The notes: a model not told the origin generated them from the sequence alone. A stretch of 64,000 nt of DNA from Candidatus Latescibacterota bacterium (GCA_965222605.1 OZ244960.1:5760001-5824000), one strand, 5' to 3'. Numbered from the stretch's first letter, positions 9,850 through 20,442 are shown. Numbers and translations are program-made.

Positions 9850-10010
9850 TTTTTCTCGCTATCTATCGTCAGGCTTTACAGATAAAGTAAAATGATATCC
9901 GATAATAGTAGGCGTGTCAAGGCGTAATCCGTTAAATAGCGGTCAGTCGTCAGCAGTCGGCTTTATTGGCGTTGTGCTCCGAGTGTAGCTTTTTGCCTCT
10001 CGCTGTTTTC

Positions 10011-10829
10011 TCAAATCGTCAATGTCACATAATCTTTTTTTACGATCTCTTTTTTGTATGTATAGGATTGTGTTTCGATAAGCTCTTGCGTTTCGGGCGA
10101 AAGCCGCGCCAGTACTGGATCGGGGAATTCGTGGATTTGTCGGTGATATTGCGGGCGGTATCTGAGAATAAAGAAGCGGCGATCCCGATCTTTGGGTTGC
10201 CATGCCATTGCCCCGTGTGTCATCAATTCTGTGGTTATGACAATATCGCCAGCCCGAGCCGTGATATTCGCGACACCGAGGGGTACGTCTTTTCCGATCC
10301 ACCCGTCGTTGAACACATCCGCTGGTCGCTTAAAATCGCTTTTGTGCGATCCCGGCACGAGTAGCAATCCGCCATCTCCGGGCAAGACATCCGTCAGGTA
10401 GATAAACACAACCAGATCGTCGCAATAGATTTTGCCATCGTCGCAGCTATATCGGCAACTATACGGGCCAAAACTCTCGCGTGAACAATGCAACCGATGA
10501 ACGGGGTCTTTAGCCGTATTGATCCGCACTTCACCGCTATTTAGCCGCGGGCGTCGCCCAGATACTTCCAGTACAATGGGCCAGAACGAGCGATGGAAGA
10601 CCAATGTTTCCAGTGCTTTGTCAAAAGCAAAGGCGTATTTGAATTGTGTGCGATTTTTGTCAAATAATGAGGTCGAACGCCCAAATCCTTCGGGTAGTTC
10701 ATCATCTGAGGCATTTACGTACCGATTTATAGCTCGTTGCGCGGCTTTCAGTTCAGTTCGTCCCAGTGCTTGTTCCAGATGCAAATATCCCATCATATCG
10801 AATAAATAGCGCTGTGCATCTGTCATCAT
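10011..10829 (-). CDS. Phytanoyl-CoA dioxygenase (PhyH) family protein
   Basis: FDMMGYL, YLTDV..GDGGLLLVPGSHK, AGDIV....MTHGA. Confidence 0.85.
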   Translation of the reverse strand: MMTDAQRYLFDMMGYLHLEQALGRTELKAAQRAINRYVNASDDELPEGFGRSTSLFDKNRTQFKYAFAFDKALETLVFHRSFWPIVLEVSGRRPRLNSGEVRINTAKDPVHRLHCSRESFGPYSCRYSCDDGKIYCDDLVVFIYLTDVLPGDGGLLLVPGSHKSDFKRPADVFNDGWIGKDVPLGVANITARAGDIVITTELMTHGAMAWQPKDRDRRFFILRYRPQYHRQIHEFPDPVLARLSPETQELIETQSYTYKKEIVKKDYVTLTI

Positions 10830-10867
10830 GGTGATCTCCAGGCGAGTAACGGGCTGGGGGTAGGTGC

Positions 10868-11713
10868 CTACCCATAAGCTCCATGATCCAAAAATCCGAC
10901 GAGGCGTCTGAGCCTATCGTTTGCATTGCGATAGACATGTTCTGGCAGGGTGTAGTTCATAAAGGGATAGTATTTGTGGCCGATGAGCCGCCTGCCATAG
11001 GTGATTTGGGTGATGTAGCGGCTGCGATTGCTCTGATTTGGTCCCCCTCTGTGCCAGACCTGATTGTTGAACATGATTACGCTACCGGCTTTGCCGAGGT
11101 TGTAATGGACTTTGTTCTGCCATGTTTTCCATGCATCAGTATTGAAAACCTGAAGTGGGTTTTCACCAATGAGATGTGAGCCTGGTATGACTTCTGTGCA
11201 GCCGTGTTCGATTTCTGTGACATCGGTGAGATAATAATTACAGGTGAATACGAGTACGGGGAGGTGGATATTTGTGGGCGGCTCGCCATCGGTGACAACA
11301 TAATGTGGGGAATCGTCCTGATGCCATGTGGTAATGCCGCCGCCGGGTGGCGTGATAAAGGAGTTGTTGTGTATAACGTGACAATTTGTGGCAACGAGGG
11401 CTTCGGCAAAGCTGGCGATGGGTTCGAGGTCAAATAGATTGAGGTTGGCCGGACTGTGCTCAAACATGCGATGGCACAGGCGGTTGCTGGATTTGGTGCT
11501 TTGTGGGTTGAGTTTGCTATTGGGGTCTTTATCTCGGCTGGTAAAATGCGCGAGGGACCAGTCGAGGTCTGCTTTGAGTTGTGCGACGTGTTCTTGTTGC
11601 AATACATCTTCGAGAAATAGAAATCCGTCTCTGTGAAATTGTTCTACCCATTCGGAAATTTGATCGGTGTCGAGCGGATAGTTGGATTCAAAACGCTGAT
11701 TTTGTGGTTTCAT
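10868..11713 (-). CDS. Phytanoyl-CoA dioxygenase (PhyH) family protein
   Basis: FHRDGFL, WHQD, YLTDV, IPGSH, WHRGG.N.S...R. Confidence 0.9.
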   Translation of the reverse strand: MKPQNQRFESNYPLDTDQISEWVEQFHRDGFLFLEDVLQQEHVAQLKADLDWSLAHFTSRDKDPNSKLNPQSTKSSNRLCHRMFEHSPANLNLFDLEPIASFAEALVATNCHVIHNNSFITPPGGGITTWHQDDSPHYVVTDGEPPTNIHLPVLVFTCNYYLTDVTEIEHGCTEVIPGSHLIGENPLQVFNTDAWKTWQNKVHYNLGKAGSVIMFNNQVWHRGGPNQSNRSRYITQITYGRRLIGHKYYPFMNYTLPEHVYRNANDRLRRLVGFLDHGAYG

Positions 11714-11733
11714 AATGGCCTCCGGTGGTCAGG

Positions 11734-13755
11734 CTACCCAATCACCAGGATCGGCGAGCCATCCTGTATTTTGATCTGTGCGTTGCGAGATACTGTTTCG
11801 ACTTCGTCCGTGCATAAATGATAGATGCGAACAGGGCTGATGTCGAGTGAAAATTCGAGGGTGTTGAGATCGAAAATATTTTGAGCAGGCAGCACCAGAG
11901 CGAGTCTGCGATAGGTATTGTTGAGATACAGGATACGGTTGTTGTTCTGTATTTGTTCGCGAGGATCTGTAAAGGTGGTGGCGTGAACGGGGCTGTTGAG
12001 GAGCGTGTTCAAACAACGCAGCGCGTGAAAAGGTGCGCGGGGGTTGCAGAGGGTGTCGAGCAATCCATGTGTGACATCCATTGTGCGGTCAAAATCGGTG
12101 AGTGGATCGACAAAGAGACGCGCGCCTATCAGGCGGACAATGGCAAATGTGGCTTCGGCAATTCGGCAGGCGTTGGTGTAGTCGTTCTGTGCGTCTAATT
12201 CGAGTGAGACGTCGATGTGGTCAATATTCGAGTATTTGCGTTCGCTCAGGGATTGGATATAAGTCCACGGCGATTCGTTGGGCGGTACGCGACAGAGGGC
12301 GCGCTGAAGGTGAATATCGGCGTTTTGGAGGGTCGCGTTCAGGTTTTCGAGTTCTTCGAGTTGATAACCCATTCGGGTTCGCAAATGTTGTTTGCCGGGT
12401 ACGCGCTCGTTGGGGATGATGGGACAGAGCGAGAGTTCTGCCAGTTCTGCACATCGGTTGAGTATCTCGCAAACTTCATCGGATGGTAGCGCGGGATTAG
12501 ATATTTGAATTTCCCAGTTCTGTACAAAATCGAGGTTGGCTTCAATGTGCTCGGGCAATGAGGCGATGTGGGGTTCGAGGAATGTGGCAATGGGCGTTAT
12601 CCCTTCGGAGCCGAGCATTTCGAGGCGCGTGCGCTGAAAGGGATCGCACAGGTCGCGCCAGGGAAAGCGCGCAAATTTGGCACCGAGTTCTATGCAGGCC
12701 AAAAAATGCTGGTCATTGCGCGTTTTTTGACGCACGGCAGAGGGATAGGCGATTGGGAGCTCTGCAATGGGCGTGATGGGATGGCGAAGGGTGAGTCCAA
12801 TCGGAGAAGACAGATCGGCGGATGTGCAGGTGACGAGGCGGTCGCGGGCAGGGCGTTTTGTTTCGCCTTTTGTGCGGATGAAGTGGATATCGGTGTGATC
12901 GGCGCGTATGCGAAGCAGATAAAATCCCAGCTTGCCAATGTCGTCTCGTCCCTGTTCGGGCGGCGGGGCACTGGCGTAGAGATGGCCGAATCCGGGGCGC
13001 GTAAACGATGTGGAAGGGACGATGAGATAGCGCGTTTTGCCAATTTTGTCGTAAAAAGGATAGTGAACGTGTGCTGCGAAGAGGAGTTCGATCCCGTATT
13101 TTCGAATCAATGCGAAGAGGCGGTCTCGATCAGGTGGGTTGATATTGTCGTAGTGTCCCAATCCCGGTTCATTTTTATCCCAGAGATATAAGGGCAGATG
13201 AAAAAAGAGAAAGAGCCGCTGGTTTTGATGTGTCGCAAGATCGGTTTTAAGCCATTCCCACTGGTCGTCTGCTTCAGCAATTTCGGAGTTGAATATCTGA
13301 GAATTAAGCACGATAAAGTGACACAGATCGTGGTCAAAACTATAATAGGAGGGGCCAAAGAGGCCGTGGAAGAACGCGAGCGATTCTGCGGTTGCCGCAT
13401 GGGTGGGCATGGTGGGATCAGTTTTGTCGCCGATATCGTGATTGCCGGCGACATAGTGCGGAGAAATATTGCAGGCGCGTATCTGTTCGCGCGCTTCGGC
13501 CATCGCGCGTTTGAAATCCGGCGTTTCGGGATATTCCTGGACGAGGTCGCCCATGTGGATGACGAGGTCGGCTCCAATGCCCGCGACCTGTTGCAGAGCT
13601 ATGCCGGCGCGTTGGGTTTGCTTGCGGCGCGATTCAAATTCGAGGGGGTGGTCGCCAACGTCAATCATGTAATGCGTATCGGCGATGACCGCGCATTCAA
13701 ATTGAGCGGGTGGGAGGTGGGTTTTGTCGAAGCTTATTTTTCTTCCGCTTTCCAT
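11734..13755 (-). CDS. Calcineurin-like metallophosphoesterase with a long C-terminal domain
   Basis: Metal-binding motifs ADTH, MGDLV, GNHD, FHLP and AHVH in the N-terminal ~300 aa. Confidence 0.8.
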   Translation of the reverse strand: MESGRKISFDKTHLPPAQFECAVIADTHYMIDVGDHPLEFESRRKQTQRAGIALQQVAGIGADLVIHMGDLVQEYPETPDFKRAMAEAREQIRACNISPHYVAGNHDIGDKTDPTMPTHAATAESLAFFHGLFGPSYYSFDHDLCHFIVLNSQIFNSEIAEADDQWEWLKTDLATHQNQRLFLFFHLPLYLWDKNEPGLGHYDNINPPDRDRLFALIRKYGIELLFAAHVHYPFYDKIGKTRYLIVPSTSFTRPGFGHLYASAPPPEQGRDDIGKLGFYLLRIRADHTDIHFIRTKGETKRPARDRLVTCTSADLSSPIGLTLRHPITPIAELPIAYPSAVRQKTRNDQHFLACIELGAKFARFPWRDLCDPFQRTRLEMLGSEGITPIATFLEPHIASLPEHIEANLDFVQNWEIQISNPALPSDEVCEILNRCAELAELSLCPIIPNERVPGKQHLRTRMGYQLEELENLNATLQNADIHLQRALCRVPPNESPWTYIQSLSERKYSNIDHIDVSLELDAQNDYTNACRIAEATFAIVRLIGARLFVDPLTDFDRTMDVTHGLLDTLCNPRAPFHALRCLNTLLNSPVHATTFTDPREQIQNNNRILYLNNTYRRLALVLPAQNIFDLNTLEFSLDISPVRIYHLCTDEVETVSRNAQIKIQDGSPILVIG

Positions 13756-14159
13756 TCGGCGATTTTTTCATCGGCTTTGCGGCGCAGTTCGCGGCCCTTG
13801 TCCGGGGTGGGGTCTTTGATGAGGCCATAGACCTGGCGGCCTTCGTGATCTTCGGGTAAGTATTCCGTAATGGGCATGCCTTCGGGGGTGACAAAGAGCA
13901 GGCAGTGACAGTATTTGAAAATTTTCATTTCGTCACAGGCACAGACCCATTCGCGGCTGCGTTCGAGTTCGGCCTCTTTGTCGGGATAAAAGTTGCAGGG
14001 GCAAAGCGGGCGACCCAGTTCATCGATGTTCTGCGCAAGGCCATTGATGACCGTGTCGGCGACTTCTCGGGTTGGATGCGGCGATGTCCCGGTTTTTTCC
14101 CAGTACTTTTCCGTGTATATCTGCATTCTTTTGTGGCTTTTTTCTGTGGGTTCAGACAT
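13734..14159 (-). CDS. ftrB: Ferredoxin:thioredoxin reductase catalytic (beta) subunit
   Basis: GRPLCPC...WVCAC...YCHCLLFV, the CPC/CxC/CHC 4Fe-4S and disulfide signature. Confidence 0.88.
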   Translation of the reverse strand: MSEPTEKSHKRMQIYTEKYWEKTGTSPHPTREVADTVINGLAQNIDELGRPLCPCNFYPDKEAELERSREWVCACDEMKIFKYCHCLLFVTPEGMPITEYLPEDHEGRQVYGLIKDPTPDKGRELRRKADEKIAEWKAEEK

Positions 14160-14195
14160 GGCTATACCTCCAGATTTTGGGACTTTATATTTGAT

Positions 14196-15008
14196 CTACA
14201 ACTGGCTGTTGAGATAATCCATAGATTTTCGGAGTTCTGCTCTGTCATCGCCCGAAGGGATGCTGCATTCGAAGCCGCAGTAGTACTCATATCCGATGTC
14301 GGATAGTGCTTTGAGCGCGGGGCCAAAATCTGTGTGACCATAGCCCGGCAAGATGCGATTGCTGTCGGCCAGATGTACATTGGCGATGTGTTTGCCTCCC
14401 GCGTGGATGGCTTCGGCGAGATCGGCTTCCTCAATGCTCATGTGGAAAAGATCAGCCATGGCGGCGATAGACGGACTGCCCACGGCTTCGCAGATTTCAA
14501 CGCCCTGGGCAACTGTGCAGGGCCACCACTGTTCGTAGCGGTTCAAGGGTTCGAGAACCAGACGACTGCCGCACGCTTCGGCATGTGGTGCGATGTCCCG
14601 TTTGAGAATTTCGATGAGGAGATCTTTTTCAAGCGCAGATGTGCTGTACAGAGGGGAGAGGTCGGGGATGCGTTCACCTCCGCCCATTTTGATGCCGATA
14701 AGCGGTGGAAAAATCACGCCGACACCGCCGACTTCGGCACACAGAGTCAGGGCGTCGTTAATGGATTTTATGGCTGTGCGGCGTTCTTGGGGACGCGCGT
14801 CGAGCAGGCGATTGCCGCCTCGAGCAGAGCAAATATTGGGTATGATACCAGTCGCGTCTGTGGCTGCTTTGATCTCATCTGCAAAATCTGCGGTGCTGCT
14901 ATTGGTGATTTCTATGCCGGAAAAGCCGAGTTCTTTGAGCGTCTGAAATTTCTCCATCAGGGTGTTGCCAGGAGCCATGGGTTCACGAAGAGAATATTTG
15001 ATTGTCAT
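14196..15008 (-). CDS. Sugar phosphate isomerase/epimerase (xylose isomerase-like TIM barrel)
   Basis: GFSGIE, LEPLNRYE, DLFHMSIEE, HLADSNR..PG.GH.DF, FEC. Start moved to ATG 15008 within ORF 14196..15167. Confidence 0.88.
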   Translation of the reverse strand: MTIKYSLREPMAPGNTLMEKFQTLKELGFSGIEITNSSTADFADEIKAATDATGIIPNICSARGGNRLLDARPQERRTAIKSINDALTLCAEVGGVGVIFPPLIGIKMGGGERIPDLSPLYSTSALEKDLLIEILKRDIAPHAEACGSRLVLEPLNRYEQWWPCTVAQGVEICEAVGSPSIAAMADLFHMSIEEADLAEAIHAGGKHIANVHLADSNRILPGYGHTDFGPALKALSDIGYEYYCGFECSIPSGDDRAELRKSMDYLNSQL

Positions 15009-15283
15009 AAGTTGAGTCCAAAAAATACGCACGGGGCGTTGGTTGAATTGGGCACTCGCTTCAATACTGCTAACAAAAAGAAAATACGTTGGATACTGAG
15101 AAAAAACAACCTGAAATTGTAGAATGAATGGCGGATTCACACTAAACCACAACGACGCAAAACCCAATGCAAAAAACAGGAGTTACATCTGGCTGCAACG
15201 ATGTTTGAGAACAGAGTCAGAAAAATATATACCTTCAACCTCTAGGATAAGGACTCTAAGCCGTTGTCAAAGTTACAGTAATC

Positions 15284-18200
15284 CTACAAAGCTGTTGGTA
15301 AAGGCATTATGAATCTTTCGCGTAATTGAAATCCTGTCGAAGAACCAGAGTTGATCAACGCATCAAGAAGCTCAACAGTGGCTTGGCGAATTCTTATATT
15401 GCCTCGAATCTCGCTTTCTCGACTCAGAAGGTTATTTCGCAATAGCACCTCAAGATCAAATCGTGTATTAGGCTCTTGAAATATTTTTTTAGCATCTCCT
15501 TGTTGGAGGGCTTTATTAAGCCAAAGTAAGGCATCTGGAAGAAATAATCTTTCAACAGCCGATTTGAGCAAACAGACCAGTGCATTGAATCCAATTGGGT
15601 GGTGCCCTATGTGTGAACAGGCATTTTGTATGAACTCTCGATTATTTGTCAATGGCTCCCACTCTGTTGTATTCTCTTTCCATTTAATATCCGAAAAGAG
15701 CAATGTCCGGATAATTTTCCTTAGTTCTGAAGGAATAGGTCTATCGTCTGCGCGTTGATTTAGGTCTTCAAAAGCTTTAGTCGCAATTGTTGACCAAATG
15801 TTCCAGAACTGTGCATCATTTCTTGACTGATCTTCAGCCTCAAAAAGGTATGGGATGAAATATTCGGTTACTTTGTAGCAGTTCTGCCAGTTATCCATCA
15901 TAAGTTGCATTGCTGATGTTATATATTCATTAGGTTGGTTGAGGATAAATCTTGAGAAATATCCCAAGAACAGACCTGCAAATTCATAAGGATATCCGGG
16001 ATATCCACTTGAATATCTCCTCTCTGTATTTACCTCAACCGATTTTTCAATCAATAGAGTAAAGATTTTTGCATGTAACTCCTGATGATATGCTTGTGTT
16101 GATGTAGGTGGAATCAGCCCAATAGCATACTGGAGGCCGTGATAATCATGGGTCTCCAATGTTATGTCCTCAATATTGGGGTCATCTTGAATTTTACCTT
16201 CTGCAAGTTGTCGCAAGAGCGTTGTCCTACCATTGAAAATTGCCTCTACATGTGTCTGCTGCGCTTGACCTGTGTATAGATTATTAAAATGAGGAATATG
16301 ATCAATTCTCATCTTCGCATTTATGATATGCGCCTTAAGGCAATTTTCAGCAAACACCGGATCCTTTTCCCATAGTGTCTCGTGACATCCACTCACAGCA
16401 AACCATCTCACTTCCCGTGACGGATGCAAGTGGCTTGCAGCTATCCCCACTCTTATTTCCTTTTCACCCTGCTCATCAAACTGGCCCAGTAGTAAGGGCA
16501 GCACGGTTGCTGCTGGTCGAGATCCCGCCATCTCAAATATAGAAACCTCATCTTGATTATCAAGGCTACTGAATTTATGGGCAATTGCCTCAAGGAGAAC
16601 CTGACGACACCACTCTTTTTGTTCATCACTTGTTTCAGCCCAATGGTCTCTTACAATAATAGCAGCTGTATATGCATATCCGCCAGAAAAAATCTGGTAG
16701 CTTTCATCATCTGCATGTTGCAGTATTATACTCTGCGCTTCTTGGGCTTCCTGAAGAGCTTCCTGCCAGTTTGCAAAATAGTTGCTATTGTTGTCCTCTT
16801 TTTTGTATTGGGCTATACCCCAGTCCAAAAGTCTGCGAAGTTTCATTTTTCCTTCAAATTCTGGATATCCTTGTTCCTGAAACTGCTGTAAATCTTGTTC
16901 AAGTTCCTGAGGATTTAGTATGATACGTTGGTTTTCAGTATCTTCTTGCGCATTGTATCGCCGTAGGTCTATTCGGCTTAATACAATTCTCCAGGTCTTA
17001 TCTTCTTCACTTTGATCTTCAAGTGGCGGAAGTTGACTTCTAAAATTATCAAATATGTCAAAGATTTGACTCTGTACCTCAGTTATTTGCAGATTTCTTG
17101 CAAGGTCTTCAAGGCACTTCCCTCGATGGTTTCTTTGAGCTGAAGTTTTCCTTTCGTTGTCGTGGATTTCATGATCTACAGGTGTCAGTAAACCCAACAG
17201 GGATTGCCCTGCACTTATAGATTGTTCCAGAACTAATCTCTGAGTGTCCCAACAATAGAATTCTCTGGTCCTCAATAGAGGCAAGGCATGTTTTTTAAAC
17301 ACCTTTGGGTACGCGGTTGCGATGCTGACCAGCATACTCGTGATGGCTACATTATTGCTCTCAAACAGTAGTTTGTTAAATATATCTATTACGTCATTGC
17401 CGGATTCTATTTGCCTGAATAGCCAGTTTTCAAGAGCCATTAATGCAGATTGTAAAATATCGGGAGCGACAGAAGTTCCGCGATAAAGACACCATAACCT
17501 TTGTCCACCCCATTGTTGTATGGTTCTACCATCATTGAGATGCACATTCACTTGAACAGGTTCGCCGTCGTCAAGGTCTGATTTTGTATAGGCCAATATT
17601 GCGTGGTTTAAGAGTTCAATGATGAAGTCTATACCCTTTTCAGAATTATGTCGAAGTAAATTTGCAAAAGGCCCCTGCAATCCACTTGGGGGATAAAGCG
17701 AATTATGTACATCATCTAACCCAAAATTCTCATCTCTATCAAGATGTCCACTATAGAATCCATCGGAATCAGGTTCCTGATAATACCAAGCCTGCTTTGC
17801 CAATTTGACGACAATATCGGGGTAGTGCTTACAGAGTTCCTCCGAATAGAGAAAGTCCAGAGCTTCTTTTTTAAAAATGTCAAATATTCTCTCGCAAGAT
17901 TCTCCATGAATTCTGGCGTTTGCCAGTTCCGAGATTTCAGAGTTGAGCACCTCGCACACCCTCAGAACCACTCTTATCAAATCTTTGTGATTGTCTCGCC
18001 CATAATGCTCTCTTTTATCGTACAGTCGATGAAGTGCAATTAGACCCACCTTCCGTGCTTCGTCTGGTAAGGGATGATCTCTTTCTATCCCTTGTATCCA
18101 ATCGGATAATACCCCATCAATTGTAAAGTGGTGCTGCTGGCCGATTTTATCATAATGAGCATGGATGAATTCAATAACGTGTTTCCATCCGGATCCAGAT

Positions 18201-20356
18201 GGACGTAAGAACATCAGACTTATTGCGAATAATTCATGCGAATGAAGTCCGTCAAGCTGCTTGAGTGACGAGACATTGGGGTCTTTGCAAGCAATTCTGA
18301 GCAAATGCATTATCCTGTTTAACAACTGACCGTCATTGCGGAGCAATGTCTGGCACTGTTCTTGGAAGAAGGTGCCTGCATTTTCTGATTGTAGTACAGC
18401 GATTATGATATCGTCACTCCAAATTTGTTTCAGGCCATTCTGTGCCAAGCAGTCCGAGATAAAATCGTGAATATCTGGTACGGACTTCTCATTGATTGAA
18501 TCCAAGAGCCAGATACGGAAACTACGCCGAATAGCAAGTTCCATTCCTAATGCATCAAAGAATGCGAGAATATCATTCCCTTTGACTTGATACTGTTCGT
18601 CTATATATCTGATGAGTGCCCAATCCTCAAAAAGATCATGTGCAGGTGCATATCCACCATCTCGTTCGATGATAATATTATCCTGCTTGAGTTTTTCGAT
18701 TGCTTCTGGATCAGAGTCTATGTAAGGCACAGTAACTGTCATTGCTCTGGCTCGTCTGAGTGCTATATCTGTAAAACACTTTTCCCTTTTCAGCGGCAGC
18801 CCACGAATATTTTCCTGTCTTTTTTTGATCACATTTTGCCAGATCACATCTTTGAAATTTTGCTCTGTTAGAGTGGAGGGCGAGTCTGACCAGTCAATTG
18901 AACTGGCGTATTTAAGGTAGAGGGGGATTCTCAAGAGTTTAGCTACACGGTCGTTTGTCGCCAGAGGCGCAATGCTCGGTATCTGGCTTAAAACTTTGCC
19001 AAAATCATCAGCATCTAATGGTGGAATCGTCAATGTTGTCAGGTTATGAATTCTACTCGGATATAATAGATGCTGGTAGGCCATATCCAGTGAATGAATT
19101 CTACAGGTAGCAATAATTCTCCATGTATCATCCTCTGCGATAGTCGTGAGAAATTGAATGATGGTCTCAACAGAATTACTTTCGAAAATTCGCTCTAATG
19201 ACTCAATTAAAAGAACCTTTCGCGGTAATAGCGCAAACCGCGCAGATAGTTGAGGGATAGTGTCACTTATGCCAACGCTTGAAAGAACTACATCAACATG
19301 CGGTTGATTAAATTCCTCTGCTTTGAAGACAAAACAAGGAGTATCCTTTTGCAGTCTCTCCAAGACGTTCTTTGCAAGAGCAGATTTTCCTATACCTGCT
19401 CTTCCTACAATTAAAACTCCCTTCTTTTCCGAAATAGCATCTACTGCCTCAGATATAAGTGCAGATCGCTCAATATGCAGGTCGTGTCTAATTCGATCAT
19501 CTATGTTATTGAGTGTCACTTGCCCGTGTTGTCTTAGCCTCTCGATTGAATCGCACCTCACAACACTTTCATTTGGTCTGAACCATTGTTTGACTTTATC
19601 AGGCAGGGTGTCTTTTGTAATCGTTGCAGAATTGGGATTTGCCCGGGCAATGAAATCTGTTATCTGCGGCCATATAGTGCTTAAAGAGTCTGTGACATTC
19701 GGATTCTTTGCCATTTGTGCCATATTGAGGAACAAGGTTCTATCAGTACTTTCGTCCTGATCTAAGTCATAGTGAAGCCAGTGAAACACTTTGATAAAAC
19801 GCCATAATTCATCATCTGTTATAGCTGATCCTTTAGCATTATCAAGGTGCAGTCGAATAACTCTAAGGAATTCTCTCATTGTATCCGATGCAAATTTGAC
19901 GGTATGCACCTTGTCAATATATTCCGCTGCACTCTCACAATATCTTGCCCATTGGAGCAGGCGGGGAAGATTCTGGGTTATCCTTCCAGCAAGTGGTCCT
20001 GTAATCAAAACAATGGCATCGTGATTTGGGTTAAATACTGATGCATTGTTATAATCTTGCCACGCAAAATTGAGAACACCTGCTAATTTATCATCTGATT
20101 CAGTTATGGCGATTTTGTGCGTAATCTGAGCCAGAAGCTTGTGTTGGTCACCATAAGTATCCACAAGGGAAACCATCATGTCATCTATGCCAATTCCTAA
20201 TTGCCGCGCTTGCACACGTATTGAAGTGATCTCGCCCTCTGGTAAGCATGGGACAGTTCCGCCGACAAGCATATTGACGACGTATCCAGCCTGAATTTCA
20301 CGCTCGAATGTAGTTCCGCCGCCACTAGTTGAAAAAGGGTTGGATACTGTTGGCAT
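15284..20356 (-). CDS. Large STAND NTPase with an N-terminal nuclease-like domain; AVAST-like (probably Avs2-type) anti-phage protein
   Basis: N-terminal SNPFSTSGGG..FE..Q and IDD...Q, Walker A GRAGIGKS, Walker B-like VLLIESLE, HDLFEDWA winged helix, LWCLYRGTSV.P..LQSALMALE and a long helical C-terminus. AT-richer than the flanks. Avs subtype is from recalled motifs. Confidence 0.75.
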   Translation of the reverse strand: MPTVSNPFSTSGGGTTFEREIQAGYVVNMLVGGTVPCLPEGEITSIRVQARQLGIGIDDMMVSLVDTYGDQHKLLAQITHKIAITESDDKLAGVLNFAWQDYNNASVFNPNHDAIVLITGPLAGRITQNLPRLLQWARYCESAAEYIDKVHTVKFASDTMREFLRVIRLHLDNAKGSAITDDELWRFIKVFHWLHYDLDQDESTDRTLFLNMAQMAKNPNVTDSLSTIWPQITDFIARANPNSATITKDTLPDKVKQWFRPNESVVRCDSIERLRQHGQVTLNNIDDRIRHDLHIERSALISEAVDAISEKKGVLIVGRAGIGKSALAKNVLERLQKDTPCFVFKAEEFNQPHVDVVLSSVGISDTIPQLSARFALLPRKVLLIESLERIFESNSVETIIQFLTTIAEDDTWRIIATCRIHSLDMAYQHLLYPSRIHNLTTLTIPPLDADDFGKVLSQIPSIAPLATNDRVAKLLRIPLYLKYASSIDWSDSPSTLTEQNFKDVIWQNVIKKRQENIRGLPLKREKCFTDIALRRARAMTVTVPYIDSDPEAIEKLKQDNIIIERDGGYAPAHDLFEDWALIRYIDEQYQVKGNDILAFFDALGMELAIRRSFRIWLLDSINEKSVPDIHDFISDCLAQNGLKQIWSDDIIIAVLQSENAGTFFQEQCQTLLRNDGQLLNRIMHLLRIACKDPNVSSLKQLDGLHSHELFAISLMFLRPSGSGWKHVIEFIHAHYDKIGQQHHFTIDGVLSDWIQGIERDHPLPDEARKVGLIALHRLYDKREHYGRDNHKDLIRVVLRVCEVLNSEISELANARIHGESCERIFDIFKKEALDFLYSEELCKHYPDIVVKLAKQAWYYQEPDSDGFYSGHLDRDENFGLDDVHNSLYPPSGLQGPFANLLRHNSEKGIDFIIELLNHAILAYTKSDLDDGEPVQVNVHLNDGRTIQQWGGQRLWCLYRGTSVAPDILQSALMALENWLFRQIESGNDVIDIFNKLLFESNNVAITSMLVSIATAYPKVFKKHALPLLRTREFYCWDTQRLVLEQSISAGQSLLGLLTPVDHEIHDNERKTSAQRNHRGKCLEDLARNLQITEVQSQIFDIFDNFRSQLPPLEDQSEEDKTWRIVLSRIDLRRYNAQEDTENQRIILNPQELEQDLQQFQEQGYPEFEGKMKLRRLLDWGIAQYKKEDNNSNYFANWQEALQEAQEAQSIILQHADDESYQIFSGGYAYTAAIIVRDHWAETSDEQKEWCRQVLLEAIAHKFSSLDNQDEVSIFEMAGSRPAATVLPLLLGQFDEQGEKEIRVGIAASHLHPSREVRWFAVSGCHETLWEKDPVFAENCLKAHIINAKMRIDHIPHFNNLYTGQAQQTHVEAIFNGRTTLLRQLAEGKIQDDPNIEDITLETHDYHGLQYAIGLIPPTSTQAYHQELHAKIFTLLIEKSVEVNTERRYSSGYPGYPYEFAGLFLGYFSRFILNQPNEYITSAMQLMMDNWQNCYKVTEYFIPYLFEAEDQSRNDAQFWNIWSTIATKAFEDLNQRADDRPIPSELRKIIRTLLFSDIKWKENTTEWEPLTNNREFIQNACSHIGHHPIGFNALVCLLKSAVERLFLPDALLWLNKALQQGDAKKIFQEPNTRFDLEVLLRNNLLSRESEIRGNIRIRQATVELLDALINSGSSTGFQLRERFIMPLPTAL

Positions 20357-20412
20357 TTGTGTATATCCTCTTTGGTGTAAATATTGCCGTGACAGTCTCT
20401 GGCTACGTCATA

Positions 20413-20442
20413 AATGTGACTACGTTATAAAGTAGTCACATT
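20413..20442. promoter_or_regulatory. 30-bp near-perfect palindrome upstream of the Avs-like gene (candidate operator)
   Basis: AATGTGACTAC-GTTATAAA-GTAGTCACATT, 57-86 bp upstream of ATG 20356. Confidence 0.5.

Noticed and set aside
10858-10873. GGGTAGG-TG-CCTACCC hairpin as a REP element
   Set aside because: Single short copy overlapping a stop codon; no family is evident in the window
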